Source: Limisphaerales bacterium (lineage in GTDB: Bacteria; Verrucomicrobiota; Verrucomicrobiia; Limisphaerales; JAJOIW01). Taken from it: 64,000 bases of DNA. Made by a program: the position numbers and the translations under genes. Position 1 is the stretch's first letter. The number at the start of each line of letters is the position of its first letter. Location of the stretch: the NCBI GenBank assembly GCA_965657355.1, contig CBFHOE010000002.1, forward strand, positions 256,001 through 320,000, in the 5' to 3' direction. Under the pieces are notes generated by a model. That model had not been told where the DNA came from. It did no database searches and saw nothing but the letters and a program-made list of their open reading frames with translations. This document shows positions 25,591 to 35,322 of this stretch, in pieces.

Positions 25591-27603
25591 ATGAAAATCT
25601 GGAAATACCACATAGCTCTTTTGTTATTTCTCCTCACGCCATTCTGTCTTCTTGCCCAGGCAGAAGAGACACTGACTGAGGATTCAGCTTCCGAAATTAT
25701 TACGCAGGCTGAAACCATCAACGAGGATTCAAGCGAACAAGAATCAGAATCTCCCGACCAGTCTACCGCGCCCAATCAGCCTGAATCAGAGGTGACGATA
25801 ACGAAATCTAATCAGGAGACTGATGATGCGGCCCCCGCTAACGAAAGGCAAGTTAAGGGAAAAAGCATAGACGAAAAAATAAATGCTTTCATGGAGCCAT
25901 TTACCAAGGCCTTTGCCAACATAATCTTCTGGCAAATTCATGTGAGCGAACAGAATTTCGAGGCCGAGAAAAAGTATGGAATAAAATGGAGTAAAGGTGA
26001 TCCTGAAGCAGAAATAGAATCAGGGCTACATATAGCTTTACCATTTCTGGATGACAAAGATCCGGGTAAGGAGAATTCCATTTCATTTCCTTTCGTTCTG
26101 GTATGGTTATTAGGAGCTGGTATCTGGGCCACATTCTACTTCGGATTCCCAAATCTAAGACTATTTGGACTCGCCGTTAAAACAGTTAGAGGAAAATACA
26201 GTGACGCCTCCAGCGAAGGAGAAGTGAGCCACTTTAAAGCCTTGACCACTGCCTTATCTGCAACTGTTGGGTTAGGAAACATAGCTGGTGTTGCGGTGGC
26301 CCTCAGCATAGGCGGTCCGGGAGCGATCGTCTGGATGATTATAGCCGGCTTCATCGGCATGTCGTCAAAGTTCGTGGAGTGTACCCTAGGTGTAAAATTT
26401 CGACAGATCGATTCAAAAGGAAAAGTACATGGCGGCCCGATGTATTACCTTTCAGAAGGATTCCGAAAACTGGGTCTCGGCGAAGTAGGAACACTTCTTG
26501 GTGGGATATTTGCCTTAATGTGTATTGGTGGAGCGATAGGCGGAGGGAATATATTCCAAGTTGGAAATGCTACAGACCAGATCGTTGCATTTCTAGACAA
26601 TCAATTTGTAGAAAAAACGACTGTGGTTACCCCCACTGAACCAGGAACTGAAGAAATTGGCGAAACTGAGCCGGGCTTGCTCGTTCAGAGTGCCGAGTTT
26701 TTGACACAGAACCGGTGGGTAATCGGTATTTTATTTGCGGCAATCACAGGCTTGGTCATCCTTGGTGGACTCGTTTGGATTGCCAACGTAACCAGTATCA
26801 TTGTCCCTTTCATGTGTGGCATTTATGTCTTATCTGCCCTGGTAATTATTGGGGCAAATATAACAGAGGTGCCAGGTGCCATTTCAGCGATCTTCACTGG
26901 AGCATTTATTAGGGTGGATGCTGATGTTGTCTCCGGAGGTATAATTGGTGCCATAATTGCCGGATTTAGAAGGGCAGCATTCTCAAATGAAGCTGGCATT
27001 GGCTCAGCAGCCATAGCCCACTCTGGAGTCAAAACAAACCATGCTGCAAGTGAGGGTATTGTCGCTCTGCTGGAACCATTTATCGATACCGTGGTCGTTT
27101 GCACAATGACGGCTCTGGTCATTGTCATATCCCTTGGAACCGAGTTACCTTACACGATTAATGGGGTAGAACTTGAAGGCATTGCCATCACAACTGAAGC
27201 TTTCAAACACAATTGGCAATGGATGGGGCATATCCTGACTTTAGCCGCTGTTCTGTTTGCCTTTTCAACAATGATAAGTTGGTCTTACTACGGCATGCAA
27301 TCGTGGAGTTTCCTATTCGGCCAATCGAAGATATCCCATCTAATCTACAAATTCATTTTCTTGACCTTCATAGTTGTCGGGTCGTCACTAAGTTTGGACC
27401 AGGTCGTCAATTTTTCAGATGCAATGATTTTCGCCATGGCCTTCCCAAATGTTTTTGCCATCATCTTCTTCTCTCCTATGGTAAAAGATGAGTTAAAGAA
27501 ATACCTGGCATATGTTTGGGATAAAGAAGCAGAGAACAGCCCTGATAAGGGCTCTCAAGATCCACCAAAAGAGAGTGATCCGGAGCCGGCTGCCGAGTCA
27601 TAA
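25591..27603 (+). CDS. Alanine/glycine:cation symporter (AGCS family) with extended exported N-terminus
   Basis: ALSATVGLGNIAGVA, GGPGAIVWM, GGPMYY, RRAAFSNEAGIGSA, EPFIDTVVVCTMT. Confidence 0.93.
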   Translation: MKIWKYHIALLLFLLTPFCLLAQAEETLTEDSASEIITQAETINEDSSEQESESPDQSTAPNQPESEVTITKSNQETDDAAPANERQVKGKSIDEKINAFMEPFTKAFANIIFWQIHVSEQNFEAEKKYGIKWSKGDPEAEIESGLHIALPFLDDKDPGKENSISFPFVLVWLLGAGIWATFYFGFPNLRLFGLAVKTVRGKYSDASSEGEVSHFKALTTALSATVGLGNIAGVAVALSIGGPGAIVWMIIAGFIGMSSKFVECTLGVKFRQIDSKGKVHGGPMYYLSEGFRKLGLGEVGTLLGGIFALMCIGGAIGGGNIFQVGNATDQIVAFLDNQFVEKTTVVTPTEPGTEEIGETEPGLLVQSAEFLTQNRWVIGILFAAITGLVILGGLVWIANVTSIIVPFMCGIYVLSALVIIGANITEVPGAISAIFTGAFIRVDADVVSGGIIGAIIAGFRRAAFSNEAGIGSAAIAHSGVKTNHAASEGIVALLEPFIDTVVVCTMTALVIVISLGTELPYTINGVELEGIAITTEAFKHNWQWMGHILTLAAVLFAFSTMISWSYYGMQSWSFLFGQSKISHLIYKFIFLTFIVVGSSLSLDQVVNFSDAMIFAMAFPNVFAIIFFSPMVKDELKKYLAYVWDKEAENSPDKGSQDPPKESDPEPAAES

Positions 27604-27698
27604 TTTTCTGGTAAGGCAACTTCATCCCGGAAAATTCAACGTCACGCTTCGGCCCTGTAGTCTTTATGGGGCTAAATTTTTTTAGGTATACAAAAAGT

Positions 27699-28520
27699 AT
27701 GAAATTTGACTGTCACATGCACACGCCGCTATGCGGCCATGCTATTGGAACGCCGTTAGAGTTTTTGAAAGCTGCTAAGGAAAAGGGATTAAAGCTTATT
27801 ACCATAACATGCCACGTGCCCATTGACTTACCCGAGTTCGGAGGCCCTAGAATTCGTATGCCAGAATCAGAATTCCCAAATTATTTAGCATGGGTTAATC
27901 AGGCTCGCGAAATTGGGCAAGCCATGGGGATTGATGTGCTGTATGGAATAGAAGGAGAGATCTTTCCAGAAAACCACATCCAATCGAGGATTGGAGATTT
28001 CATAACAAAGGAAAATTTCGACTATGTATTAGGGTCACTGCACCATCAACTCCCGTCTTACAGAAACCACATTGACTCAAGAGGCAGAATGAAAGATTCT
28101 GAAATTATAGAGGGGTATTTTCTTGAGTTATGCGAAGGAGCCCGTACGGGCATCTTCCACAGCATCGCGCATCCGGATGTCATTAGAATTTATGGGACAG
28201 TCCAACCTTTTGATCCTTCAGACTACGAAAAGGTAATTAGAGAATTCTTAAAAGTATGTCACCAAACAGACACTTGCATTGAGGTCAACACGAGTGGCCT
28301 GACAAAGGGAATTTTTGAAATTCACCCAGACCCCATAATAATGAAGTGGGCAAAGGAGGAGGAAGTTGAATTAACTATTGGGTCTGACGCCCATATGCCA
28401 CAATCGGTTGGACAATTTTTCGATAAAGCACTTAATCTGATAAAAATAGCTGGGCACGATCATTTAAATTATTTTTTGAATGGAAAACGTAAAAGGATCG
28501 ATATTAGTGCCATGGCCTGA
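27699..28520 (+). CDS. PHP-family histidinol-phosphatase (HisJ/HisK-like); ORF is open from 27666
   Basis: DCHMHTPLCGHA, GIEGE, DYVLGSLH, AHPDV, EVNTSG, GSDAH. Confidence 0.85.
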   Translation: MKFDCHMHTPLCGHAIGTPLEFLKAAKEKGLKLITITCHVPIDLPEFGGPRIRMPESEFPNYLAWVNQAREIGQAMGIDVLYGIEGEIFPENHIQSRIGDFITKENFDYVLGSLHHQLPSYRNHIDSRGRMKDSEIIEGYFLELCEGARTGIFHSIAHPDVIRIYGTVQPFDPSDYEKVIREFLKVCHQTDTCIEVNTSGLTKGIFEIHPDPIIMKWAKEEEVELTIGSDAHMPQSVGQFFDKALNLIKIAGHDHLNYFLNGKRKRIDISAMA

Positions 28521-28561
28521 GTGGTTTTGCCCACACAAAATACTTATTCGATTTATCCTAT

Positions 28562-29248
28562 ATGAATTATTTGATTACTGGCACGTCGAAGGGGATTGGA
28601 GAAGGCCTCGCGTTGCATGCCCTTAAAAAGGGGCACAGTGTTATTGGGATCTCAAGAAGCAGATCTACTATTTTTCACAAAGACAATAATTATGCACACT
28701 TTCAAGCCGATGTCTCGGACTATCAAGACTTGTCCTCGGTGCTGCCTGAAATTTCTAAAAGATGGAGAAAAATCGACTCGTTGATAATAAATTCAGGTGT
28801 TTACCCTGAAGATGGGAAAACCCTTTTTGATAACATTGATATCAATCATTTTAAAAAAGCTGTAGATACTAACTATCTGGGATCAATCTATACCATAAAA
28901 GCCTTTCTTCCCCTTCTGGTGGAAGCCGACCACCCTAAAATAATAGGAATAGGATCTGGGGCTGGATCAATCTCAAACCTTCAGGAGAACAAAAGGTATT
29001 GCTATGGCCCAAGTAAATCGGCAATGCATATGTTTTTTAGGACATTGGCCTTCGAATTAACACCGCCTAAATGGATCACCTCACTTATCAGTCCAGGGTG
29101 GGTGCAGACAGATATGGGGGGGCCAGAGGCTGACTTATCCATTGAAGAGGTGGTTCCTGACCTTTTTTCAACTATTTCAAACTTATCAAAAGAGCAACAC
29201 GGTTTATTTTTAGATAGATTTGGAAAGTCAGACTCATACTCGTGGTAA
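28562..29248 (+). CDS. Short-chain dehydrogenase/reductase (CsgA/C-factor-like)
   Basis: TGTSKGIG, INSG, YGPSK (YxxxK), PGWVQTDMGG. Confidence 0.92.
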   Translation: MNYLITGTSKGIGEGLALHALKKGHSVIGISRSRSTIFHKDNNYAHFQADVSDYQDLSSVLPEISKRWRKIDSLIINSGVYPEDGKTLFDNIDINHFKKAVDTNYLGSIYTIKAFLPLLVEADHPKIIGIGSGAGSISNLQENKRYCYGPSKSAMHMFFRTLAFELTPPKWITSLISPGWVQTDMGGPEADLSIEEVVPDLFSTISNLSKEQHGLFLDRFGKSDSYSW

Positions 29249-29494
29249 TCTTAAAGCCAACCCATGCGCACAGGAGTCTTGCGTGGCTGGGCTATCCTTT
29301 TAATGAAGTTTATTCGCCATTACACCAGTAAATAGAATTTTGCATTTCGCAAAATGCCCCCTAAGCCGGCAGATCAAATTCTAGGTTTAATTAATAAATT
29401 TTAAAAAAAGTGCGCTTCATTAAGCAACTCAGATCAAAGCTCTATTCTTTTTTAAAACAAATTAATGGTCAATGGCACTGCCGTAACATAGCCC

Positions 29495-29529
29495 AAAATA
29501 AGGCCATCCGCATAAATTGCGGATGGCCT
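29495..29529 (-). terminator. Intrinsic terminator after the redoxin/monooxygenase gene
   Basis: Perfect 12-bp inverted repeat AGGCCATCCGCA (29501-29512)/TGCGGATGGCCT (29518-29529), followed by TATTTT on the minus strand. Confidence 0.8.
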
Positions 29530-29576
29530 CTAAAATATCATGAGCGAATAATTTAAAGAAAGTTGGATATCAAAAA

Positions 29577-31355
29577 TTACTCAACCAGAGAGATAGTTTT
29601 ACTCCCGGAAAGATAATCATGTCCATCGATGAAGCTATACGTTGCAAAAAACATTTCCTCAAAACTCTGCTGTCCCCAGCCTATTTCTTTTTCAGGAGCG
29701 GGATTTGAAGGATTTAAAGCCGAGTTATCCCAAGCAGCATGAACGATGATCTTCGATCCAGCTGGAATTTCCAAAGGTTTGGCAAGATGGTAGTCCCTTT
29801 GCCAATTAAAATTATAATGCGGGACAGATAGAATAGTTTTTCGAGTCTTGTTTGGAAATTCTATTTCGTATGCCATGGCTTTGCCCCTCAAGTGCATGTG
29901 AGGATTCATGGAAAACAAGGTTATGTCATTATTTATATCAACAGATTGTGACCTTTTGTAATTACGATCATGTGGTTTTATTTTGAAGTCTTGATCGATT
30001 ACCAATCCCCCTTCCAATGTATGAATTGGAGGTTGTGCTAGAAGATAAAGCCCCATTGAAGAATTATCGACTTCGGCCGTCCCACACGTCGTGTAATGAA
30101 GTTCGAAAAGGAACCTTTGATTCTTTTTGAGCAACTTTCCTGTTTCAAGTGGAAAGTCTTTTGGTGTTGCACCTGGGGCGTATCCGGACATGAAGCCCAC
30201 TCTTCTCCAATCGCCATTTTGAAACTCTTCGAGGTACGCAATGATATGATGCAGGACCTTTGTATTACCTGGTTGAAAATGAACACCGCCGATCCAAGTG
30301 TCCTCGCTGAAAGGGTTATCTATGGCTATATATCTATAATCAACAACCCCCTCCGCCGGCACCTTTTGCTCTGGAATTTTTACAATATGCTGTGGCTCCC
30401 CCAAAGGCCACTTTGAAAATTTGGGGCGGTAATTCTTCAAAGGGTCTTCTTCGGCATCGCCAATCTTAGCTCCCGACCTCACCCAATGGATTAGCTTTTG
30501 TTTTTCTTCGATAGTGAGATCAATATTGCCCTCAAAGTGCCCGATATGCGGGTCAGCTTGCCAAGGGGGCATTCTTTCAGTCATAACGACTTCTTCAATC
30601 ATTTCGCTCCAACCTCTGACTTTTCTGTGGCTCGACATGGCGAATGAACCAATACCTCCTTTGGTATGGCAAGTTATACACTTTTGTTTCAATATTGGGA
30701 CAATGTCTTTAGCAAACTGAGGTGGATTTTCATTTAAATCCTTGAGCTCGGGAAATGAAATCTTACATCCTTTCACAGGGGCAGTAGTCAACTCAACTGG
30801 TGAACCTGAAATGAAATTTGTGAGTGCATCCTCAAGGTAGCTATTCTTTGCTGCTGGAAGCTCTTTTTCATAATTAAGGCGATCATCAATTGGACCTCGA
30901 AATTTTATTTTCCAATCCGCGGTATCAATAAGTAGGGTTTCGGAAGTTCTTTTCAAACCTAACATCTGCCCGACAAGTTGGTCCTCATCTATTAAAACAG
31001 GAACTGGGAACTCATATTCATTGGCCTCTTCAATGATTTCATCTCTAGTATCTTGGTAGCTGCTATTTATCATTAAGAACTTAATCCCCTTTTTAGAGTA
31101 TTTTTTATTAAGGGCCGCGATATGTGGGATCCGCTTTCTCACTATCGGACATCCATTTCCTTGGACAAATAGCACGATGGCCTGAGTATTAGGGTCATTT
31201 TCGTGGTAATAAAGATGATAGAATTCCCCTTTGTTTGTGAACAAGGCAAAATCACCAACTCCTTCAGAAGTGTTTTTTGATTCAGATGAACTTACTGAGC
31301 AAACCCCCGATAAAGTCAGGGCGAATACCAGAAATAGTCTTTTAAAAATAAGCAT
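29577..31355 (-). CDS. Exported fusion of redoxin domain, heme-c domain and type II copper monooxygenase (PHM/DBH-like) domain
   Basis: Signal peptide; GNGCPIV redoxin; CITCH and MPPW; VLHHII, ELHY, PHMHLRGK, EEMFF. Confidence 0.85.
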   Translation of the reverse strand: MLIFKRLFLVFALTLSGVCSVSSSESKNTSEGVGDFALFTNKGEFYHLYYHENDPNTQAIVLFVQGNGCPIVRKRIPHIAALNKKYSKKGIKFLMINSSYQDTRDEIIEEANEYEFPVPVLIDEDQLVGQMLGLKRTSETLLIDTADWKIKFRGPIDDRLNYEKELPAAKNSYLEDALTNFISGSPVELTTAPVKGCKISFPELKDLNENPPQFAKDIVPILKQKCITCHTKGGIGSFAMSSHRKVRGWSEMIEEVVMTERMPPWQADPHIGHFEGNIDLTIEEKQKLIHWVRSGAKIGDAEEDPLKNYRPKFSKWPLGEPQHIVKIPEQKVPAEGVVDYRYIAIDNPFSEDTWIGGVHFQPGNTKVLHHIIAYLEEFQNGDWRRVGFMSGYAPGATPKDFPLETGKLLKKNQRFLFELHYTTCGTAEVDNSSMGLYLLAQPPIHTLEGGLVIDQDFKIKPHDRNYKRSQSVDINNDITLFSMNPHMHLRGKAMAYEIEFPNKTRKTILSVPHYNFNWQRDYHLAKPLEIPAGSKIIVHAAWDNSALNPSNPAPEKEIGWGQQSFEEMFFATYSFIDGHDYLSGSKTISLVE

Positions 31356-31388
31356 CGTAATACCATTCGATCAAATTATGCTGCAAAA

Positions 31389-32873
31389 TCAAGTTTCTTT
31401 AGATTGAACAACTGCATTAATAGAACCAGATTTTAGCAAAATTTCAACTGAATCGCCTTTTCTAACTTGTTTGGCGTCTCGGACAACTGGCTTTTGGGGT
31501 AATTTTTCCCCAGCTTTTTCCAATCGGGTAATAGAAAAACCGCGATCTAAGGTCGATTTGGGCGAAAGAATCTCAATTTGAGACATGCATAGTTTCAACC
31601 TCTGCCTCAAGGAATCCAACTGAATTATGGTCGTATTGGATAGTCTTGAATGAATCTGAATCAAATGATTCTTCTTATTTTGCAACTCTGATTTGGGATA
31701 CCATTTCGAAAGTAAAAGTTTTTGAGATGCAAACTTATTGATTTTGCTTTGGAAACCGGATTGAACCGCCTTGTTAAGTTTGGAAGATAAATCATCTAAT
31801 CGCTGAAAATTTTGCTCCAAGTTCCTTCTTGGGTGTAATCGAGCATGCCTTTGATTGAGTGACTTCAGATTTTGTCTGAAAAGTCGAACTGATTGCTGGA
31901 AAACTCTAGATTGACGATGAAGGAGGTCTTCCAGGCGCTCCTTGGCCCTCACAAAGGGTTCTGTGATTATTTCAGCGGCTGCGCTCGGGGTGGCTGCTCT
32001 ATAATCTGCTACGAAATCTGAAATCGTAAAATCAATTTCGTGGCCAACCGCTGAAATTATTGGGATTTTGCTTTCAAAAATTGTTCGAGCTAAAAGTTCT
32101 TCATTGAATGCCCAGAGGTCCTCTAGACTTCCACCACCTCTTGTCAGAAGTATGGCATCCAATCTTTTTGATGTGATCGAAAATTGATTTAGCGTTTTAA
32201 CACCTGTGGCTATTTCTGACGCAGCCCCATCACCTTGAACCTTACTTGGAATGATGAACAGTTCCAATCCAGCATATCTTCTCTCCAGAACATGTAGGAA
32301 ATCTTTAATAGCTGCCCCCGAGGTGGATGTCACCACACCCAATCTGGAAATGTATCTTGGCAGAGGAGCTTTATTCTTTTGGTCGAATAAGCCTTCATTA
32401 TTCAGTTTTTCCTTGAGGCGATCGAATGCAATTTGCAGGGCTCCTCGGCCAGCGGGTTCAACAGATCTCACTATAACTTGATATTGTCCCCTTGCTTCGT
32501 AGACGGAAATCCCTCCACCTATAATAACTTCTTGTCCATCTTCCAGATAATCTCTATCCACACCCCTCTGTCGTCGAAATAAAACACATTGTATCTGAGC
32601 CGAAGCATCTTTAATGGAAAAATAAATATGTCCAGAGCTTTGAACTCTCAAATTAGTTATCTCGCCCCTAACCTTAATAGAACCATATTCCAGTTCTAAA
32701 ACCGACCGAATCCTTGCTGTCAATTCTGATACAGATAATGGAGTGTTGAGGTTATCTGTATCCTCAACAGTTTCCGATGTAACTGGGCGAACCTCCTCTT
32801 TATCTTTTTTAGCAGATGGAGCATTCTCAAATAAATCATCAAACTCCCATTGACTGGATAATTTTTTTTTCAT
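31389..32873 (-). CDS. xseA: Exodeoxyribonuclease VII large subunit
   Basis: SGHIYFSIKD OB fold, RGGGSLEDLWAFNEE, SAVGHEIDFTISDFVADYRAATPSAAAE. Confidence 0.97.
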   Translation of the reverse strand: MKKKLSSQWEFDDLFENAPSAKKDKEEVRPVTSETVEDTDNLNTPLSVSELTARIRSVLELEYGSIKVRGEITNLRVQSSGHIYFSIKDASAQIQCVLFRRQRGVDRDYLEDGQEVIIGGGISVYEARGQYQVIVRSVEPAGRGALQIAFDRLKEKLNNEGLFDQKNKAPLPRYISRLGVVTSTSGAAIKDFLHVLERRYAGLELFIIPSKVQGDGAASEIATGVKTLNQFSITSKRLDAILLTRGGGSLEDLWAFNEELLARTIFESKIPIISAVGHEIDFTISDFVADYRAATPSAAAEIITEPFVRAKERLEDLLHRQSRVFQQSVRLFRQNLKSLNQRHARLHPRRNLEQNFQRLDDLSSKLNKAVQSGFQSKINKFASQKLLLSKWYPKSELQNKKNHLIQIHSRLSNTTIIQLDSLRQRLKLCMSQIEILSPKSTLDRGFSITRLEKAGEKLPQKPVVRDAKQVRKGDSVEILLKSGSINAVVQSKET

Positions 32874-32915
32874 TTTTACGCTTATGAATTTAGAAAAGGC
32901 GGCCCATATATTATT

Positions 32916-33707
32916 TCAGTCATTGACGGACCGGGACACTCTTTTAATAGCCGTACAAACCCCTGATTCAGAATCCAGGCTAGCGATGATTCCATGCAAT
33001 TTCTTGTCTTTCGCGCAGACAGGAAACCTTGATGGGGCAAGCGTTTTAAACCCCTTGATAACGGGTTCTTTTTCTCTTCCTATAACTCCACCATGCCCGC
33101 CACAGAAACCAACATCAGTTATATAACCTGTTCCATTTTCCAGCACATTTTCATCTGCCGTTTGGACATGGGTATGTGTTCCAACAACAAGACTAACTTT
33201 GCCATCTAAATACCAGCCCATGGCAATTTTTTCACTTGTAGCCTCGGCGTGAAAATCAACCAGAATCATTGAAGCCTCGGACTTTAACATCCCGACAACC
33301 CCATCAATAAGATTGAATGGATTTTCAAGAGGGTTCATAAAAGTGCGCCCCTGAATATTAATAATACCCAAGCAAGGCAACCCCTCCTTTTGTATAACGC
33401 CAAAACCACTACCTGAGGTGCCATCCGGATAATTAAATGGCCGAAAAAATCTTTCTTCATTGTTTAGAAGATGAATAACGTCTTTTTGTTTCCAGATATG
33501 ATCTCCCATGGTAATTGCATCAACACCATATGAGAATATTTCATCTGCAACACCCGGGGTGATTCCAGAGCCTCCGGCAGCATTCTCCCCATTTACCACA
33601 ACATAAGAAACACCCTCGCTCTCGACTATTGAAGAAAGTGAGCCCCTGAGACAATCTCGACCAGGTTGTCCGACTATATCCCCTAAAAAAAGAACATTAA
33701 TCTTCAT
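32916..33707 (-). CDS. YmdB-like (TIGR00282-type) metallophosphoesterase
   Basis: GDIVG, NGENAAGG, GDH, DFHAEATSEK, GTHTHV, TDVG. Confidence 0.93.
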   Translation of the reverse strand: MKINVLFLGDIVGQPGRDCLRGSLSSIVESEGVSYVVVNGENAAGGSGITPGVADEIFSYGVDAITMGDHIWKQKDVIHLLNNEERFFRPFNYPDGTSGSGFGVIQKEGLPCLGIINIQGRTFMNPLENPFNLIDGVVGMLKSEASMILVDFHAEATSEKIAMGWYLDGKVSLVVGTHTHVQTADENVLENGTGYITDVGFCGGHGGVIGREKEPVIKGFKTLAPSRFPVCAKDKKLHGIIASLDSESGVCTAIKRVSRSVND

Positions 33708-33910
33708 TCAGATTATAATAATACCGAAATTCTGCGTTTAAATCACTGAAGAACTTTGAATCTGGTATTCTTTTGAATTCGGACATAAATCAAACTGTTT
33801 GAAGCCACGGATCCAACAAAATAAAGTGGTCAAAAATTAAAACTGAACAGAACCGATTGAGTAACTGCCAAGCTGTGGTTATTCGAACCAATAGATGCAC
33901 CTGATTGGTT

Positions 33911-33939
33911 TTGATCTTTTTTAAATCATTACGTATTGT
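33911..33939 (+). promoter_or_regulatory. sigma70-like promoter of the beta-propeller gene
   Basis: TTGATC-17 nt-TATTGT, 30 nt upstream of ATG 33970. Confidence 0.55.
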
Positions 33940-33969
33940 TGGTGGGTAATTCGCTAACAAAACATCAAA

Positions 33970-35205
33970 ATGAGATTATTAAACTTTAGTAGAATGTGTC
34001 CGCTCATTGCATTCACGTTCGTCATAACAGCATCGGTTCAGCAAAACCTTTCGGCCGCTGATTGGCCTCATTGGAGAGGACCAAACTATAACGGCATATC
34101 GGAAGAAAAAGACTGGAAAATAGATTTTGGAGGAAGGCGTGGACCGAATGTTCTTTGGAAAAAATCGATCGGATCAGGTTATTCGAGTGTTGTGGTTTCA
34201 GAGGGAAAACTTCTCATTCTAGGCTTGAAAGGATCCGAAGAAACTCTGTCATGTCTGGATGCTGAATCTGGCGATGAAATCTGGTCCTATAGTTACAAAA
34301 CAACATTCAAACCAAAGTTTTATGACGGTGGAACAAGTGGCACGGCAACAATAGATGGCGGAAAAGCCTATCTAGCTAACCAGACTGGATCCGTATTTTG
34401 TTTCGATATGTCATCAGGGGATGTGATTTGGAAAAATAACATCAAATCCAAACTAAATTTAAAAATTGGAATATGGGGGATCACGGGCTCTCCATTTGCA
34501 TATGGAGACACAGTCATTGTCAATGCTGGCAAATGTGGCGTGGCACTTTCAAAATCTGATGGAAAAATACTCTGGTCGACAGGGAACAACGAAAATGGTT
34601 ATGCGACACCTGTCCCATTTAAATGGAAAGGGCAAGATAGAATCGCAGTTTTTGGAGCTAAGGCACTGTATTCGGTTGACCCCAAATCGGGTTCCGAGGA
34701 TTGGAGCTATGACTGGGTAACAATGTATGATGTAAATGCTGCGGATCCCGTATTTTTAGATGAATCCCACATACTACTTAGCTCTGGCTATGGCAAAGGC
34801 GCTACTCTTATTTCATTGAATGACCAAGGGGCTAAAGAAGTTTGGAAAAACAAAAACTTACGCACCCAGTTCAATGCAGCGATACTTCATAATGGGTATT
34901 TCTATGGAGTTGATGGAAATACCTCGGACAAAGGCACTTTAAATTGCATCGAGGCAAAAACTGGTAAACTCATCTGGAAAGAGAAAAACATCGGGTCTGG
35001 TGGTCTGATACTTTCAAATGACCACCTTATTGTCGTTACCGAGCGCGGACAAATCCTCATATCAAAGGCATCGCCAGACGGATTTAAGCCCGTAACCAGG
35101 AAACAAATTTATGGAGGAAAAACCTGGACCGTCCCAACGTTGGCCAACGGGATCCTCTACTGCAGGAATTCAAGAGGTGACCTCGTCGCGCTCAACATGA
35201 AATAA
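33970..35205 (+). CDS. Exported PQQ-binding-like beta-propeller repeat protein
   Basis: Signal peptide then DWPHWRGP; repeated (C/A)xDxxxGxxxW blades. Confidence 0.9.
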   Translation: MRLLNFSRMCPLIAFTFVITASVQQNLSAADWPHWRGPNYNGISEEKDWKIDFGGRRGPNVLWKKSIGSGYSSVVVSEGKLLILGLKGSEETLSCLDAESGDEIWSYSYKTTFKPKFYDGGTSGTATIDGGKAYLANQTGSVFCFDMSSGDVIWKNNIKSKLNLKIGIWGITGSPFAYGDTVIVNAGKCGVALSKSDGKILWSTGNNENGYATPVPFKWKGQDRIAVFGAKALYSVDPKSGSEDWSYDWVTMYDVNAADPVFLDESHILLSSGYGKGATLISLNDQGAKEVWKNKNLRTQFNAAILHNGYFYGVDGNTSDKGTLNCIEAKTGKLIWKEKNIGSGGLILSNDHLIVVTERGQILISKASPDGFKPVTRKQIYGGKTWTVPTLANGILYCRNSRGDLVALNMK

Positions 35206-35257
35206 ATAGGACCGCAATAATTACTAAAAATCAACCAGCAATACTTATTTTGACATC

Positions 35258-35284
35258 AAAAAAGGCCACCTTATGGTGGCCCTT
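35258..35284 (-). terminator. Terminator at the end of the ribosomal super-operon (after rplQ)
   Basis: GGCCACC-TTAT-GGTGGCC with an A6 tract on the left (U tract on minus). Confidence 0.8.
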
Positions 35285-35322
35285 GTAAAACTTTTTGTTA
35301 TTAAAAGAAATTAGTATCAGAT

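Noticed and set aside
29391..29420. Minus-strand MKRTFFKIY, starting like ribosomal protein L34
   Set aside because: Stops after 9 codons with no L34-like continuation
33708..33969. Possible 6S RNA or rny remnant upstream of the ymdB-like gene
   Set aside because: No long rod-like pairing or RNase Y-like frame visible; explained as a divergent promoter region
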